The notes beneath the pieces were generated by a model, which did no database searches, was not told where the DNA came from, and saw only the letters and a program-made list of their open reading frames with translations. A DNA stretch of 64,000 bases from Hydrolagus affinis. Taxonomy: Eukaryota. Shown here piece by piece: positions 23,816 to 37,930 of the stretch. The position numbers and the translations under genes were made by a program. The stretch is from positions 62,001 to 126,000 of the forward strand of contig JAAILG010000017.1 in NCBI GenBank assembly GCA_012026655.1. The letters are read 5' to 3'. Position 1 is the stretch's first letter, and each line of letters starts with the position of its first letter.

Positions 23816-25961
23816 ATAATAGGCGATCAATCAAATTGGGAGACCCCTGGACTGGATTTTGAGTTCAAACTCCTAATATGGGTCTTAAATCCAAAACTTA
23901 ATGACTCGGGAGGCAAGAATGCTACCAACTGAGTCAAGCAGGAACCTAAATGTAAAATTACTGTTAGTAGTTGTTTGGAAGAGGTGCATTCAGCAACTAT
24001 GCAGGGAAAAGGGAGTAATAATAATAGTTTTGTAACTGAATAATGAGAGCAGGCCAACATTTATTTCCCCGTCTCTCTCCTTCCCTACCCTAGTGTGCAT
24101 GTATTGCTGTGACTCACTGCAAGCTTTGTGTGTCCCTCTTAGATGTTTTTTCCCATTTCTTACTAGGTTTTGCTTCGTTGCTCTCTTTGCCCACGTCACA
24201 TTCTAAATGTGAAAGCTACAACGATCTTAACGAATATTCAAAGGTATATTTTGTGCTACATACATTATTTATAGCAATTAATTGAATAGCGATAAGGGTA
24301 CAACAGGTTAAGTGCCTGCTTAAAGGTACAACAGATAATAAGGTTACAACAGGTTATGTACCTGTTTTAGTATCTTAGGTTTCGGCCCAAGTTATACGGC
24401 CAATTTCTTTGGTGTTTGTTGAGTGAGAGGCTGACTTCCTATAGTTTGGTTGGGTCATGCATTTGTTTTAACAACATCAGATATGGTGGAAGGGGAACTG
24501 TGGTGTGTTAAGACACACAGTTACTACCGGAGGACAGCGGTATTAAGGTATGAGGATGGAGAATGACTGTGCGAAAGGAAACCAAAACCTCTGGAGGTTG
24601 ATGCACTCCCCAACAAGACAACCGACTATTAAAGTTGCAAAACTGAACCGAATAGCGATAGCTTCAAAGAAGAAACCCTAGTTTTTTTTGGCACACTTTT
24701 AAGAATAAGCTTTTGCGTGTTTCCCAATACATTCATATCCTGGGTTTAAAACTTGTATGAGACGTGTTAAATATAATCTGTAATAGAGCATGTTGCCAGT
24801 GGTCCATGCGAGATAATGAGCCTCACTTTTTTTATATACAAGAGTCTTGGATCAGTAGTCGTGAGTTACAAAGACCAGACCAGATTCAAGGTTCAAGCAT
24901 GATCTGTGCTGAGTTTTCTAATAATAATAATAATATCCATTGTATTTGATATAGCGCCTTATCACGTCTTCAAGACTTGCTAGCCAGATATGTGTTGGAT
25001 GTGCTTTTACTGTGTTCGTCTCTATCCCTGTGCTGCAAAGGTGAAAAAGTCAACTGGGGTTCCCACTCCTAATTATTATCCACTGATCCCTTGCTGAAAA
25101 GTTCATACTTCTGACTATCCGGTGAGGACAGCATTAGACACAAAGGCTGTTCCTTTTCTCCCACCCACTCTCTCGTGGTTAAATTGCTTGCCAACACTCA
25201 CTAACTCACTCACTGTCTACGCTCACACATGGAAAATGGCCACTGGAGGCGAGGCGAAGTGGAGGACTGCCAATACCTGGGAAACTCTACCCCAGTATGA
25301 GTCACCAGCTCCATGAAAAGATGTGTGTGGGGGAGGGGGGGGGATATGGAAAAACACTCACTCAGATACACAGTGAGGTGCGTTTGGTTTGGGGAAGGGA
25401 TGCTTGTGCTTTGTGTGTTTTTGCACTATTTTGTCTGTATTTGTGTTGATCTCTGGTGATTGATGTACAGAGAGAGCAGGACCAGGTTTAATAACACTGT
25501 TGTCCACTTCACGCACTTAAAGAACACTGGTTAACTCCGGTTTTCTTTATCTCAGTTGGAGGAGTTTACTGGGATTTGATCCAGATCACAGTATAATGCG
25601 GTTACAGATGGTGAATTCATTGATTCTGTAATCTTTCTGCTTTGGCTTTGCAGTGACACACAGGTCCAGTAGATGGAGATTTTGCTGAACATTAGCACAT
25701 CCTAATATATAAAGGCTTATGTGTTATTAGCTGTTTAAGGACAATGCTAGTTGCATGACTGTGCAAAACATGAAATGGGTTAAGCTTTTTAGGGTCAGTG
25801 GCCCTGTTATACTTTGAATTGAATTATTTTCCCATCAGGGTATTCTCTAAAGTTATTTGAATGTTATTCCTTTCAATGTCACCTTTCAGCATCTGCTCTC
25901 TGCCTCTTTACCACATAGTAATGTAAAGAAAGTATAAATAAGCTTTCCGAGCAACCTTTTT

Positions 25962-26230
25962 GGAGTTCCTCTAGCTCAGTGGTTACAGCACTCACCTCTC
26001 AAGCGAGGGATAATAATCCCACAATAAAAATATAGTAACATTTACAAACGGACGTTTGTAATATAGTAATATATACAAACAGACGTGACTGTTTGTGTGA
26101 CACTGCTGTGTGCAATTGTCTGCTGCGTTTCGTCCACAAACACCATAGTTCACTTTACAGTGTATTTTGTGAAGCGCTTTGACATGTCCAGAAGACGTGA
26201 TAAGGTGTTAATTCAAATGCAAAGATTATA
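25962..26230 (+). mobile_element. SINE copy with internal deletion/duplication
   Basis: ggagttcctctagctcagtggttacagc head followed by the family body and tail. Confidence 0.8.
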
Positions 26231-27397
26231 AGAACAATGTCACCTCCATTATAATAATAATAATAATGGCTTTCTATCTGAAATAGGTTCACAGGTAAGC
26301 GGACTTGCATATACCATTTGACTGCTTCTAAAGCCGGAGAAAGCAGTGGATAAAAAGAGATTTAGACTATGCAGATTCATTTTGCTCCCATGTGTAGAGA
26401 TTGACTGAGGTACCCGCATGCATCGCAGAAGACATGGATCCACATTGCTGCAAAATAAATGGGACCAGTAAAAATTAATTTAACTACTGCTCATAAATGG
26501 TCTCTTGAAAGGCCCTTCGATTTTGTGGAATTGGTTGTTCGCTTCATGGCTATGTATGGGGCAACGCCTGTGTGTAAATTGGCTGCCATAATCACCCACA
26601 AAGTGCAGTGACTACTTTACAGTAAATCCTGTGAAGCATTTTGAGATGTTTCGACGATGAAATGAGGCATTATATCAAATGTATGAATTATTATAAATCT
26701 AGAGATGGGGGAATGAATCCAGACTATTTTGGGAAAAGACTCGGTAACTGTTTCTACGTTCAACATTTATGAGTTTTATAACCATTTCATGTATGAAATA
26801 ATGTTATGAGTCCATAGCTGATAATTTATTTTCCTAGTATCAATTCGGACTGAGTAATTTATTTATACCAATGTTTTCAGTGTCACCAGGGAGCTAAATA
26901 ATGAGTATGAACTCTATACCACTGCTCTGCTGCCAGCCCAGCTCCCAACACAGCCAGTTTTATGGGGAAAATGCTAAATCAATACTGTAGAAGGAAGGTG
27001 ACCTCCTGATAACTGGCTCTGAGAATTTATTTAGTGAGCTGAGACCTTGCTATCATGGTTGCAGTTGGCTGCGATGAGGGAATTAAAAAATCAGTCAAGT
27101 CACACTTCTCCTCGTCTGTATCCTGTGTCCCTGCCGATTGGCTGAGATGTGGGACATGGATTCAGAATGCTGCAACATAAATAAAAAGGATTAGTAAAAA
27201 TTAATTTTAACTTCTGTTCTGAAAAGTGTTTTTTTAAATCCCTTTAATCCAATTTTGTTGGATCAAAAGAGCGTTGAAGCACCTTGGGACCTCTTTCCAA
27301 TATGATAGGTTCCTTTCAGATGTAATTTTTTTTGTTCTTGTTGAAAGCAGGACTAGGATTGGCTCCAGTGACTTACCATCATAGCATATTGCCCATC

Positions 27398-27527
27398 GGG
27401 TTAACCTTGGACAAGGTTCCTTACTCTGATAAACCTGATAATAATCCCTCAAAAAAAAATTGGTCATCTCAATCCAAGATTTAGTCCATGACTGTTTGTG
27501 GGACACTGCTGTGCGCAAATTGGCTGC
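27398..27527 (+). mobile_element. SINE central fragment
   Basis: aaccttggacaaggttccttactc..ataataatccctc..tgtgggacactgctgtgcgcaaattggctgcc. Confidence 0.8.
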
Positions 27528-30321
27528 CCCCACCACCCTCACACACCACACAGCCCCCCTCGCGTTCACAGAATGGTCACTAGTTGATCATTTGACATCT
27601 GATGGACCTTACGATGAAGTTGGGAGTGAATAAGAATAACCTTTCATTCAGCAGCTCTTTCTGATCATTCGCTGATGGTGTTATAATGATTTTCTCATGG
27701 CGCAGAGCCGCCTGTATTTTTTTTGCTGGCGTTCTAATTGTGTGTTGAAGCGAACAAGAAAAGTCTGAGAAGCCTCGGTGCTGTATTTCAGTAGGAAGAG
27801 AAACAGACACTCCTGCTGGGCATTTGGCCAGTCATCCTCGGTGCTCAGACATAACATTGACGATGTGAAAGCACAGGAGAAGTATACTGTATAATATATA
27901 TATGTGCATATGTAATCTATATAGAGATGATTAATTCTACAACAGACCACTAAATATGTGTTTGAATAGCTTATTGTGCAAATAAAACTTTTGTTGTGGT
28001 GTTTTATAGTGTTTTAGGTAGAGGTATAAAACCTGTACGTTATATCAGATGTGTTCTGATGTAAAACAGTGATGGGCTGCTGGATGTATCAGATAATAAT
28101 AATAATAATAATAATAATCCTTGCATTTGATATAGCGCTTTCCACATTTTATCAACGTCCCAAAGCGCTTGAAGATGTGATGTCTAAACAGTACAACAAT
28201 GTTCTTTGCGGGAAATAGTTCTATTTATTTAAAGTATCCCAAGCGTATTTATTTTCCCTGCTCTCTCCCAGTCAGTGCAGACACTCACTCCTACACATCT
28301 GTCTAGTGTTGGGATTTGAGTGAGCAACGAAGTTGGAGGCAGTGGGAAAGTCATTGCTGCTGATATTGGCCATTGTTTAACTGGTCAAATCCAATGTAGG
28401 CATGGTCACAGACTCACACTCACTGAATGTCTGGCAAAATGCATCATGTGTGATTCAGTTTATAGGAAATATACTTGGAGTATAAAGTAAGCAATCTTTT
28501 TTATTTATTTAGGTGGACGGAAATGAAATGCATCAAATGCAAGGATTATTAGAACAGTGCAAACAGCGACACAGAATCATTAACCTGTTCTGTGTCAGTA
28601 CACACTAGCTTCTATTATTTTTAGATGGTAGCAATGAAAAGTCTGGCATAGTTCATCTCGATATAGGAGTCGGAGAGTGAAATAAAGCAGGAATTGAATT
28701 GAGGAGCTATGTTTAATCACCTGTATCTACTTATGCAATACATTGCATGCCCTGTTTCACCCTCCCTTACTCCCAAAGCAGATGTCGAACCACCTTTAAA
28801 AATAATGGTGGTTATTCCTGAAATTTCCAGATGGGAAAAACTTTTCAGTTGAGAAGCAGTCCTAGATTGAAGAAAGCATTGCCAGGAACAATACAGGTGT
28901 GCTGTACACATTAAACTGTTTAAGGGGCTAAACAGCAAGAGAGTGGAGATGGAAGGATTGGCTCTCGGATGTGCCAGGTTATCTGAGCAAGGCAGTGCTT
29001 CTCACTGTTTTGAAAGCAACCATGTGGCAAGTCACACACCACCTGACTCTGGCTCCTCAGTAACCCAGCATCTGTGGACAAAGTTTGTGGGTTACTTTTT
29101 ATGGATTTTCCTCCTTCTTGAAAGGGTTTGATCTGGACATTCTTCAGACTGCTGTTGACAAGAAGCATTCTTTCACAGAATCGGTGCTCGGTCCAAATGT
29201 GTGTTTTGGACACACTGCCGTGTCCTCCAGTTTGTGTGCCTAAGTAGTCTAGCAGACTGAAGGGTTTAACAGATTTTGTGTTTAATGAGCTCGCTTGCAT
29301 TTCGAGCGATGCTGATACACATATCATAGCATGGAGCAAGAAGCTACTTCGTAACCTAGACACCGACCGGTTTATGAAAAATACACCAGCCCACATCAAT
29401 CCAGGAAAATACATCACAAGCCATGCTTGGTACAAACAGATGATGTAACCTTGGTTGATCATGCAATACGCAGCATTGAACTCCTAGTCCATTGTAAGAG
29501 GATTTTTATTGAGTATCCAATAGATTTTTCAGAGGCCTGGACATTATATACCAATTGCGTGCCTCTGTTTACATGCGCACTCAATGTACTTAAGTTGTGC
29601 CTAGATTACAAAGACTAATGTTTCAGTGATAAGATCTTATCAGTTTGTTTTACAGTACTGTTGCTACAGCAATGTCATAGTTAATACTACGTAAAACTTA
29701 GCAGTGGCCTGAAGCTCCATCAAATTTCATCCTGTTGAAGCATACACACTTACACACTCCAAATCTCCCTCTGTCTGTATGTCTCCCCCACTCTCTTCTC
29801 ATGCACACACACAAGTATCATAACGAACCCATTAAGCCATTGCTGAAACAATCCTTTTCTTTTGTGTAGTAAATTGATAGGAAAGTGATTAAGATGGACA
29901 CTGCACATTACTGTGTTCACTGTTTGTGATTCCCTACACTGGCTAAGTCTCACTTAAATTGACCACATCTCATAGCTTTGTTCCGAGGACAAAATTCTGT
30001 CTCATTCTGGCGAGAAAAAATTGCTTATTTTACTTTGGAGCTGATTTTGATGAAGACACAGTTCGTTTTGTATAAGCATAGATATTTTCAGCACACAAGA
30101 AGGCCATTTGCTCCATCAACTCTATCCCACACTTGTTTTTTTCATGTCAATCTGTTTTCTATCTCTTTCTCCAGACCATCTGCTCTTATCGTAGTGCGCG
30201 CATAACTGTTCACGCACCCGCTCACTAGTCGGTTCATGAATGCCTCTGACAATTAGCTTCATCTGTGCAATGAGTACATCTGTCAGAAAGAGTGAACGGT
30301 TAAATTTTAAATCTAGTGTTA

Positions 30322-30412
30322 AGAATCCCGGGTTCAATCCCTGGATTGTGTCGTGTTAGCTGATCTCAGCCAAGACTGCAGTGAGGGTGCTACAATTGGC
30401 CTCCTTGTCCCT
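30322..30412 (+). mobile_element. AmnSINE2-like ancient SINE fragment
   Basis: cccgggttcaatccctggattgtgtcgtgttagctgatctcagcc..gggtgctacaattggcctc; related fragments at ~24880-25140, ~36235-36320 (-) and ~55095-55260 (-). Confidence 0.6.
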
Positions 30413-32397
30413 AACTCTTATTTTTCTTACACGGTTGTCTCCCAATTGCGTCAGCTGGCAGTCACGTGAAAGGGATTTTTCACATTTTTCTCCCACTCCC
30501 AATTAACCCTAACATCTTTGTTGTCCTGTGTCACAGATGGTTTGCAAAAGGAAATATTGTGCTGAAATACGCACAGTTTTACCCCTTCGTTTGAACCTGA
30601 TTTGTGCACAGAAGAGAAACCCGAGAGCCTACAAGTGGTGGTAGTCACTGAGATGAAGGTCAGTATGTTGCGTTGAGAAGGTCAGTTGATGTTCTGCATC
30701 TGGGCGCCTCTGCCAATTCTTCTGTGGATTTTGGCAGCTTTTAAAAGGCACATTCTGTGTTTAATCATATGGGAATGAATGAAACTCACCAGAAACGTGA
30801 ATTAAGTTTATTCTGAATTAACTATAACTATACTGCATTGATTCAAGTCGCATAGGGAAGCTGATTTGAAAAACAAATCTCAATTGAGAGATATTAACCT
30901 GACACAAATGGCTCCTGTAACAACTGTTAGTCAATGCTTCCAGCGTGAAACTCTTAACATGGAGCCCATGTGGCTCAGTGTCAGCAAACCCCAAGGTATT
31001 AGTTAATTTGCTTAAAAACTGAGTAATACTTCTGGATGCAACTATTGCCTAGATCAAGTATGAATATGTCTAAATTAATTATAATAATAACAATCCTTGC
31101 ATTTAACATGAGTCGCGCAAACAGTCGTGGATTGAAACGACCAAATTTATTCGTGTTTTTTTCGAGGGATTATTATTAGTTACAAAGAATTTGAAACGTG
31201 ACAATAAATCATCTTTAAGATCTGATAATACTGTGATTTTTTGGGGGGTAAATTGTATGATTTCCCTATTCTCGCAAAGTCTTAGGTGATTCATGAAATG
31301 TGGCAATGCCGACATCCTAACCGAAAGCGAGATTAAAGCAAAATAATTTTTGTAAATGCAAACAACCCTGAGCTGTTTATCCCTTTAAATTCTATGCAAC
31401 CTGCTGTGGGGATTTACAAGTCCAGCAGTGCTGGTTTAATGTGTTGCTTGTTTCAACGGCGGATGGCAGGTAAAGGATTGTGCCTGTTCTTTGATGAGTG
31501 TGACTCATACGTTCACAACAGTGAAACACTAGATGCTGTCCAGCCTGTGGGTACCATGTACTGTATTTGGCCACATCCCACATTGTCTCAATTCGCTTGT
31601 GCCAGGTGCCAGACGCCTGATCTATTTATACTCGGTTTTTATTTTTTTGGAGAGAAAAGAGTCACAATTCACGCTTGTCTTTTATTTTTTTTTGGAGGAA
31701 CACATAACTCTTTGATCATCATTGCGGCCGGGCTAACACTCAGACTTTCCACAGCTTTGCCGAACGACCGCCTCAGTGAATGAAGAAATAACGAGAGGAG
31801 TGCCGTGAGTGTCTGTCCCATATTCTTCCTGTTCCTGCTGTGGCATCAGATACACAGAATGGCAAATTATAGGAGCTACAATGTTTTTAAAATCCTGTTT
31901 TGCGGGCGAATTAAGTACATATATTCACATCTCAGGGGAGCTGAAAATTAAATGGGGGAAGACAGGCACCACAGATCGGAAATTATCTCAGATAAAGTCT
32001 GGTTCAAGATTTTAGTTTTTTCAAATAATAATTATAATAATCCTTGCATTTGAATATATTGCAAAGTGAATTGAACATATTTTGTGGGCAAATCTCGATT
32101 GCCAATTGTGCACAAGGGTGTCCCACAAACAGTCATGTGCTTGAAGGGGGTAGATTAAATCAGCTGGCAGACCAACGAGCAGAGAATCTTGCACATCAAT
32201 TGACCCAATTTTTCCATAGTGTTATTCTGTATTTTTTTAAATGGACACATAAAAATAAAAAATAAAAATTGCTGAGGCTGAAGTGAATTTGCCAGATAAA
32301 ACCAATGCGCTCAATAGATTACAATTGCCTTTTGATTGTATTACAAGGCACTGAGACAACACCCTTGTTTGCTGGGTAATAATTATGGTATCAGCCT

Positions 32398-32725
32398 ATT
32401 GGACAGCACTCAAACTCAGAAGGTTTGGGTTCAGTACCTATGTTGGAACTTTGAACTCACAGTCTCGGTGTGCTCTGAATTGTAGAATTACTGTTATTTG
32501 GATAAGTCGTTAGGCTGAGGCCGCATCTGCCTGTTCAAGTGGACATTAAAGATCCCATGGTACTGTTCGTAAAGAAAAGTGAATTTCTCCCTGTGTCACG
32601 GACAATGACCTTTTGGATAAAATTGGACCATCCTGTTAGTGGCTGGTTGCTGTGCACATATTTTTCTCTGTGTTCATCTACAATGTAGTCACTTCACTTT
32701 ACATTAAATCCTGTGAAGCATTTTC
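32398..32725 (+). mobile_element. Old Deu-domain SINE
   Basis: tcagaaggtttgggttca head; ctgaggccgcatctgcctgttcaagtggacattaaagatcccatggtact core. Confidence 0.7.
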
Positions 32726-33370
32726 CAATATACTCCCAACAACAAAGGGCAAGCATTTTTATGATGTATTTGACTTTCTTTCAAATGAGTGTAAGGGGGT
32801 GTTTTGATAACCCTTCTGATTTGGTGATTGACACAGAAAGCCATCGTCATGCACCAGAAGATTAATATTACACCATCGCTTCAAAGACTACCTGAATAAT
32901 TGTGCCACATTGTCTTCAGTTTAGCTATCCAAGCACAAATCAATCCTACAAGCGTTCTTTTTTTTTTAACACCTTTTACCCTCAACTTCCTGTTGTATGC
33001 AGATAATCTAGTTTAAATGTGAAACTTAATCAGGAGATGATAAATCCCACACAGAATAAGCACTGACCTATTTTAGAGCTTCAATTACAAACCAAGTAGT
33101 TTGTGCAAACATTTATCACAAAATGTAGTGGTTACTATCCACTGTGCAGTCATGTTCACTTGTCAGATTGTCAGTGAAGTGAAGTTCCCTGTTGATGCCC
33201 TATTTATGTAACTTTTTAAACTTTTTATGAACCAATTTTTTTAAACTTTCTCTCCGTGTTCTAAACCATTTCTCGAGCTTATTTGAAAACTACATTCATA
33301 TATATTTTTAAAAAAGCACGTACGCTAAACTTTAACAGGGAAGAGAGTAACTTGAACTAGTGCACCTAGT

Positions 33371-33506
33371 TCTGACAAAGGGTCGTGGACCCGAAACGTT
33401 GACTGATTTTCCTTTCTCCATGGATGCTGCCTGACCTGCTGAGTTTTCCCAGCAACTTCTGTTTTTGTTTCAGATTTCCAGCATCTGTAGTATTGTATTT
33501 TGTGTT
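33371..33506 (+). mobile_element. Short non-autonomous retroelement with hammerhead-like motif (Penelope-type repeat), 13-bp TSD
   Basis: TAGTGCACCTAGT at 33358-33370 and 33507-33519; CTGACAA-A-GGGTC-gtg-GACCC-GAAACGTT at 33372-33400. Confidence 0.75.
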
Positions 33507-36500
33507 TAGTGCACCTAGTGTGCTGCCTAGAATATGAGCTAAAAGCCTCAATCTCGGGACTTCCAACAAGCCACGGCTGATGTAGTGATTACATAATAGT
33601 GATTCTGTAACGACTACAGAAGATAGGAAGCCTATGTGACGAGATCAGTACCACCAGCGATGATTCCCATGTCAGTCAACATTTTTCCTCAACACAACAT
33701 AATTTCCAAGTTATATTTTACTAATATTGCACCCAATCTTCAAAGGGCAATATCCCCCAGGCTTCTTGAACTATACCTCTATTGCCTCCTCATAATATAG
33801 CAGTAATCCTTGTATTTGATATAGGCCCTTATCACATAACTGAGACGTTTCACTGTAAAGTGGTGTCACTGTGTACAGGTAGTTTGTGGGCGAAACCAGT
33901 AATGTTGGGGACTCTTTCACTTTGGGGCCCAACATCTATTGCTCAATGTATTTTTGTGATGCACAGTAGGTTTGCTTTTCAGTGCAGAGTATTGTTAATG
34001 GTGATTTCCCCCCTCCCACCACCACCCCACAACCCCCCCCCCAATAATTTTTCCTGTACATTTCACTCTCTATTCCCTCTCTATTCAAGAGGCATTTAGT
34101 CAGGGCTGACATTCCAGTACAATGCTGGGAATGCCTTGCCTTATCAGAGGTGCCATTCTTCAGATACATGGTTGCTAAAGAGTCCATTGGTATATTGGAA
34201 AAGTGAAGGAAGTTCTCTCCTATTTGGTATAATATTAAGAATAATAATAATCGGTTCCTGTATTCATCCACAAATACAATTGTTGCACATTACAGTAACT
34301 CATAAAGATTTTAGACGTTTAGACACAATAAGGTATATAATGAAGGCAAAATTATTTATCTTTAAGTATCTCGGCTACTTTTACCCTATTAAACAATTTA
34401 ATTGAAGAACTTTTACGCTCTATATTCACGAAAGAGAGATTTGCAGCAGAACACATTTGGAAACGATCAGTCAACCTTTTTAAAGCACCAATTGAACAGA
34501 TTTTCTCAGTTCACTTTATGCCTTCCAGTTAAATAATAAGCAAATTCTGCAGGACGGAGGCAGAGACTTAGTCTAGTCTTAAGACATTTTATTGGCAATA
34601 TAAACAAACATACTGAAACTGCGAGAAACTCTGTGATCGCCAAAAATAGTTGAAAAATTGGCTGCCCAGTGATCACATTGGGAACATCGTAAAATGATTC
34701 AGCATATGTAACTCTTTAGAATATTGGACGTATGAGTTCATATGGATGTGTGGAGTGGGAGGATGGGGGATAATTTGTTTGTTGTGGATTTCTCCAATGC
34801 CTGTACAGTTTGGTTTCCGACATTGCTAGGCTGCTAGGTGGATGTTATTTATGGCATGAATTTTTCCACTTAAGGACATGTTTAATCCCTCTCGTTGAAA
34901 ACAAAGCCTGGACATGCAACCAAGGGGGAAAACTGCTATTATTATTTTGGGAGTTTCCACGTTGTTACAGACATCAGCTTAACATATTTCCAGTTTCCAT
35001 CACTTGGCCCAAAGAGCTGGCAATTCTCGCAGTCAGACTCACATTGTGATCTCGAGGTCTTTCCTCCAGCCCCCGTCCCACCAACCCTGAAACCCCGCCT
35101 CCTTCAGTCCCCTCCATTATCTCGGCTTTTCAAGTCGTTCCACTGGCAGCAAGAAAAATATACCAAAGAAAGAAATTTAATGGGATTTAAAAATGACTCC
35201 CTATTCCAGTTCTATTGTATGTTGTTAACAAAAAATAATGTGCCAAAATGTTGATCCTAAAATAAATAACTTCCAAAATGTTGGACACCTTAATTTTGCA
35301 TGTCGCAGAACCATGAAATCCCTTTGTGTAAATAATTACAGTCGATTTTGCTTTCTTTTGCGTCACACTGAGATGTTTCTAACTCATATTAGCGATTAGT
35401 GCTGAAGTTTGCAAAGCGTACATTCAGAATTGATAAAGCTTTATTTATATCGGGATTTGGCTGCAATTATTAACCAGATGTGTGTTTAATATGGATTTCA
35501 CTGGGTGTGCAGTCTACCAAGAGTTGTAAATGTGGCAAATAACTGAGTCGGACAAGGGTGGGGTGGGGGGCAGTGGGGGGTGGGTTGTTGGGGGCTGGTT
35601 AGGGGAGGTGGAAGATTCCGACACTATATAAATAAGAATAATAAATATTAATAGCAATCCTTGCATTTTGATAGAATGCTTTTCATGTCTTCTAGACATT
35701 TCAAAGCACTTCACAGAATATACTGTAAGGTGAATTGACTATATACTTGTGGGCGAATGTAATTTGTTGCTGTTGCTTTGAGTCGGTTCGAAACCTAAAC
35801 ATAATTAAACTATCGCTTCCTTCTCACACATCCCCCCCCTCCCCAATTCCGGTGAGCAACAACAAAAAAGCTCCCTTCAATTTCACTTTGAAACCCAAAC
35901 ATAATAAAACTATTGCTTTCTTCACCCCCCGCACCCCCATTCCAGAGAGAAACAACAAGAAAAGCTCCCTTCAATTTCACTGTGCAGTTTTTCATGCAAT
36001 AGTTCTCTTATCCCACTCTCTCCCAAAGGCAGTGACTCATGTCCAGTTATGCTTCCAAGGAAACCAGCTTCCCTCTGATAATCGCCCACAGGTTCAGTCA
36101 TCGTGTGTGAGACGAGATGCTGAGTGTCGGCAAGTTATTTCAACTGTGGGAGGCATCACATTTGAGACTGGTTCTGGCCTCGCCCATGTCCATATGTGCA
36201 CTTCTGTGCAGTGGTCACTGCTTTGCATTCAAGAGTGAGAACCTTGGCTGATTTCCTCTCTTCCCTTGGCCAGGGATACTGAGACCAATTGTACTCCCAC
36301 AGCTTTAATATGAGTCACCGGACTGGACTAGACAGTAAAAGTCTCCCAAGTTTCAGTGTGTGACAGTGTAGACGTTAACTTCTGAGCAATTGACAAAGTT
36401 AGAAATAGTCTCCAGTTTAATAGGGTGTGATGCATGTCAAATGTAGTTGACGCTGCTGAGATGAATAGCACACAAACTTAAGTTATTAAGTTACGCCATT

Positions 36501-37804
36501 TAGTTTTTTTTAAAAAAAAATCAACTTGAATACATATTGTATCAATGCATTGTATTTTTGGAACCTGTCATGCCATCCACCTAGGCAGGATCATGTGGCA
36601 AACAGCAAGTCTAGCAATACTTTCCTGATACGATAAAGCACATGCTTGTTCAGCATTACCCCCACAGACAATGCTTGTAGCTGGATATTTATCAATGTTC
36701 ATCCTAAAATATCATGACTTGGACTGATAGAAAATACTGTATTCAGTTTGTGCATGATGCATTCTGCCATGAGCAAAATAAAATACATTGCGTAGTTTGT
36801 ATGGAATGTACAAATCCCTCAGATGCACATTGTATCACACTATTAAGCAATTTACAACAGCTTCTAAACTGTAGCTTGTTTTTTCTATTATTATTAAAGA
36901 TGAGCTTCGCTGGAGTTTAGCAAAAGTACCAGAAACCTTAAGTTTCTCCTGATTTATAAGAACCCAAACTACCTGTTATAAAGCGTTTGAAGCACAAACG
37001 GAAAACAAACCTGGCACCTAGATCATGTTATAATAGGCTTCTGAACAGGCAGTAATCAGGTAAATAGTTTGACATAGCCCAAATGTACATTATGCACCTT
37101 ATGTTCAGGATTGAGGGAAATGGATAAGCAAAACATTGAAATTAAGCCGAATTATTTAATTGTTTTCATTTCCTGAAATGTAGGCCCTTAATTTATTTTA
37201 TGTGTAAACTCAGGACCTAAATTGAGGGTGTATTTCTATCTAGAATAGACTTTATAGGGGACTTTATTATTAATAAATAATTACTACTGTATAGTCAAAA
37301 GTGGTGAAATGGTGAAGGGGAAACTATTTTCAAAGACAAAGGGAATTATTGCTTTTAGAGAGTTCATAATGCACTTGTGCATTCATCTACACAATGTCAA
37401 ATGGTATAAGTAACTCAGGGAACCACGGGATGAATGTTTGTTACATCTGTTCCTGACCATGTGCAGGAACACATGGTCTCTTGTGCCCTGGAAGATTTCC
37501 CACAGGAGCGATCGACTCTAATCCCATTCCTCTGCTTTTCTGCATTATATTATTTCCATAAGCCCGGAAACTCTTGTCCGACATGGCATTGTATCACCTA
37601 CTGGATGTGGATTTAATTCTCTTCCCAGCTCAATTTTATTCCTAGAGAAATCAGATTCCAGCTTGCTTTAAAGGTGTAAGTGAGCAAAACATTTGTTGCT
37701 TTCTCCAGGTGCTTGTCTTGTATGATGATTTCTTTGTGTAGGGAAAATACACGTTTCCAATTGTCCCTCCCCTGTTAAATGCTTAAAAGTAGGAATGTAT
37801 TACA

Positions 37805-37930
37805 GGGGTCCTGAAGGGTATGGAGATAAAGTGAGCAGTGGGATTGAATTGATCTTCTTGCTCCTTGAACCATTGTAGACTCAATGGGCCGAATGGCCTC
37901 CTTCTGCGCTGTAGGTTTGTAAATCTCTAT
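37805..37930 (+). mobile_element. CR1-clade LINE 3' tail
   Basis: gggtatggaga...gactcaatgggccgaatggcctccttctgcgctgta, a characteristic CR1 3'-terminal hairpin. Confidence 0.8.

Noticed and set aside
28920-29462. 180-aa minus-strand ORF in the intergenic region
   Set aside because: No recognisable domain, no supporting exon structure and an unremarkable composition; likely chance. BLASTP or RNA-seq would settle it.
35735-36238. 167-aa plus-strand ORF
   Set aside because: It starts with TTG inside a SINE fragment, runs through a local duplication, and has no protein similarity that I recognise.
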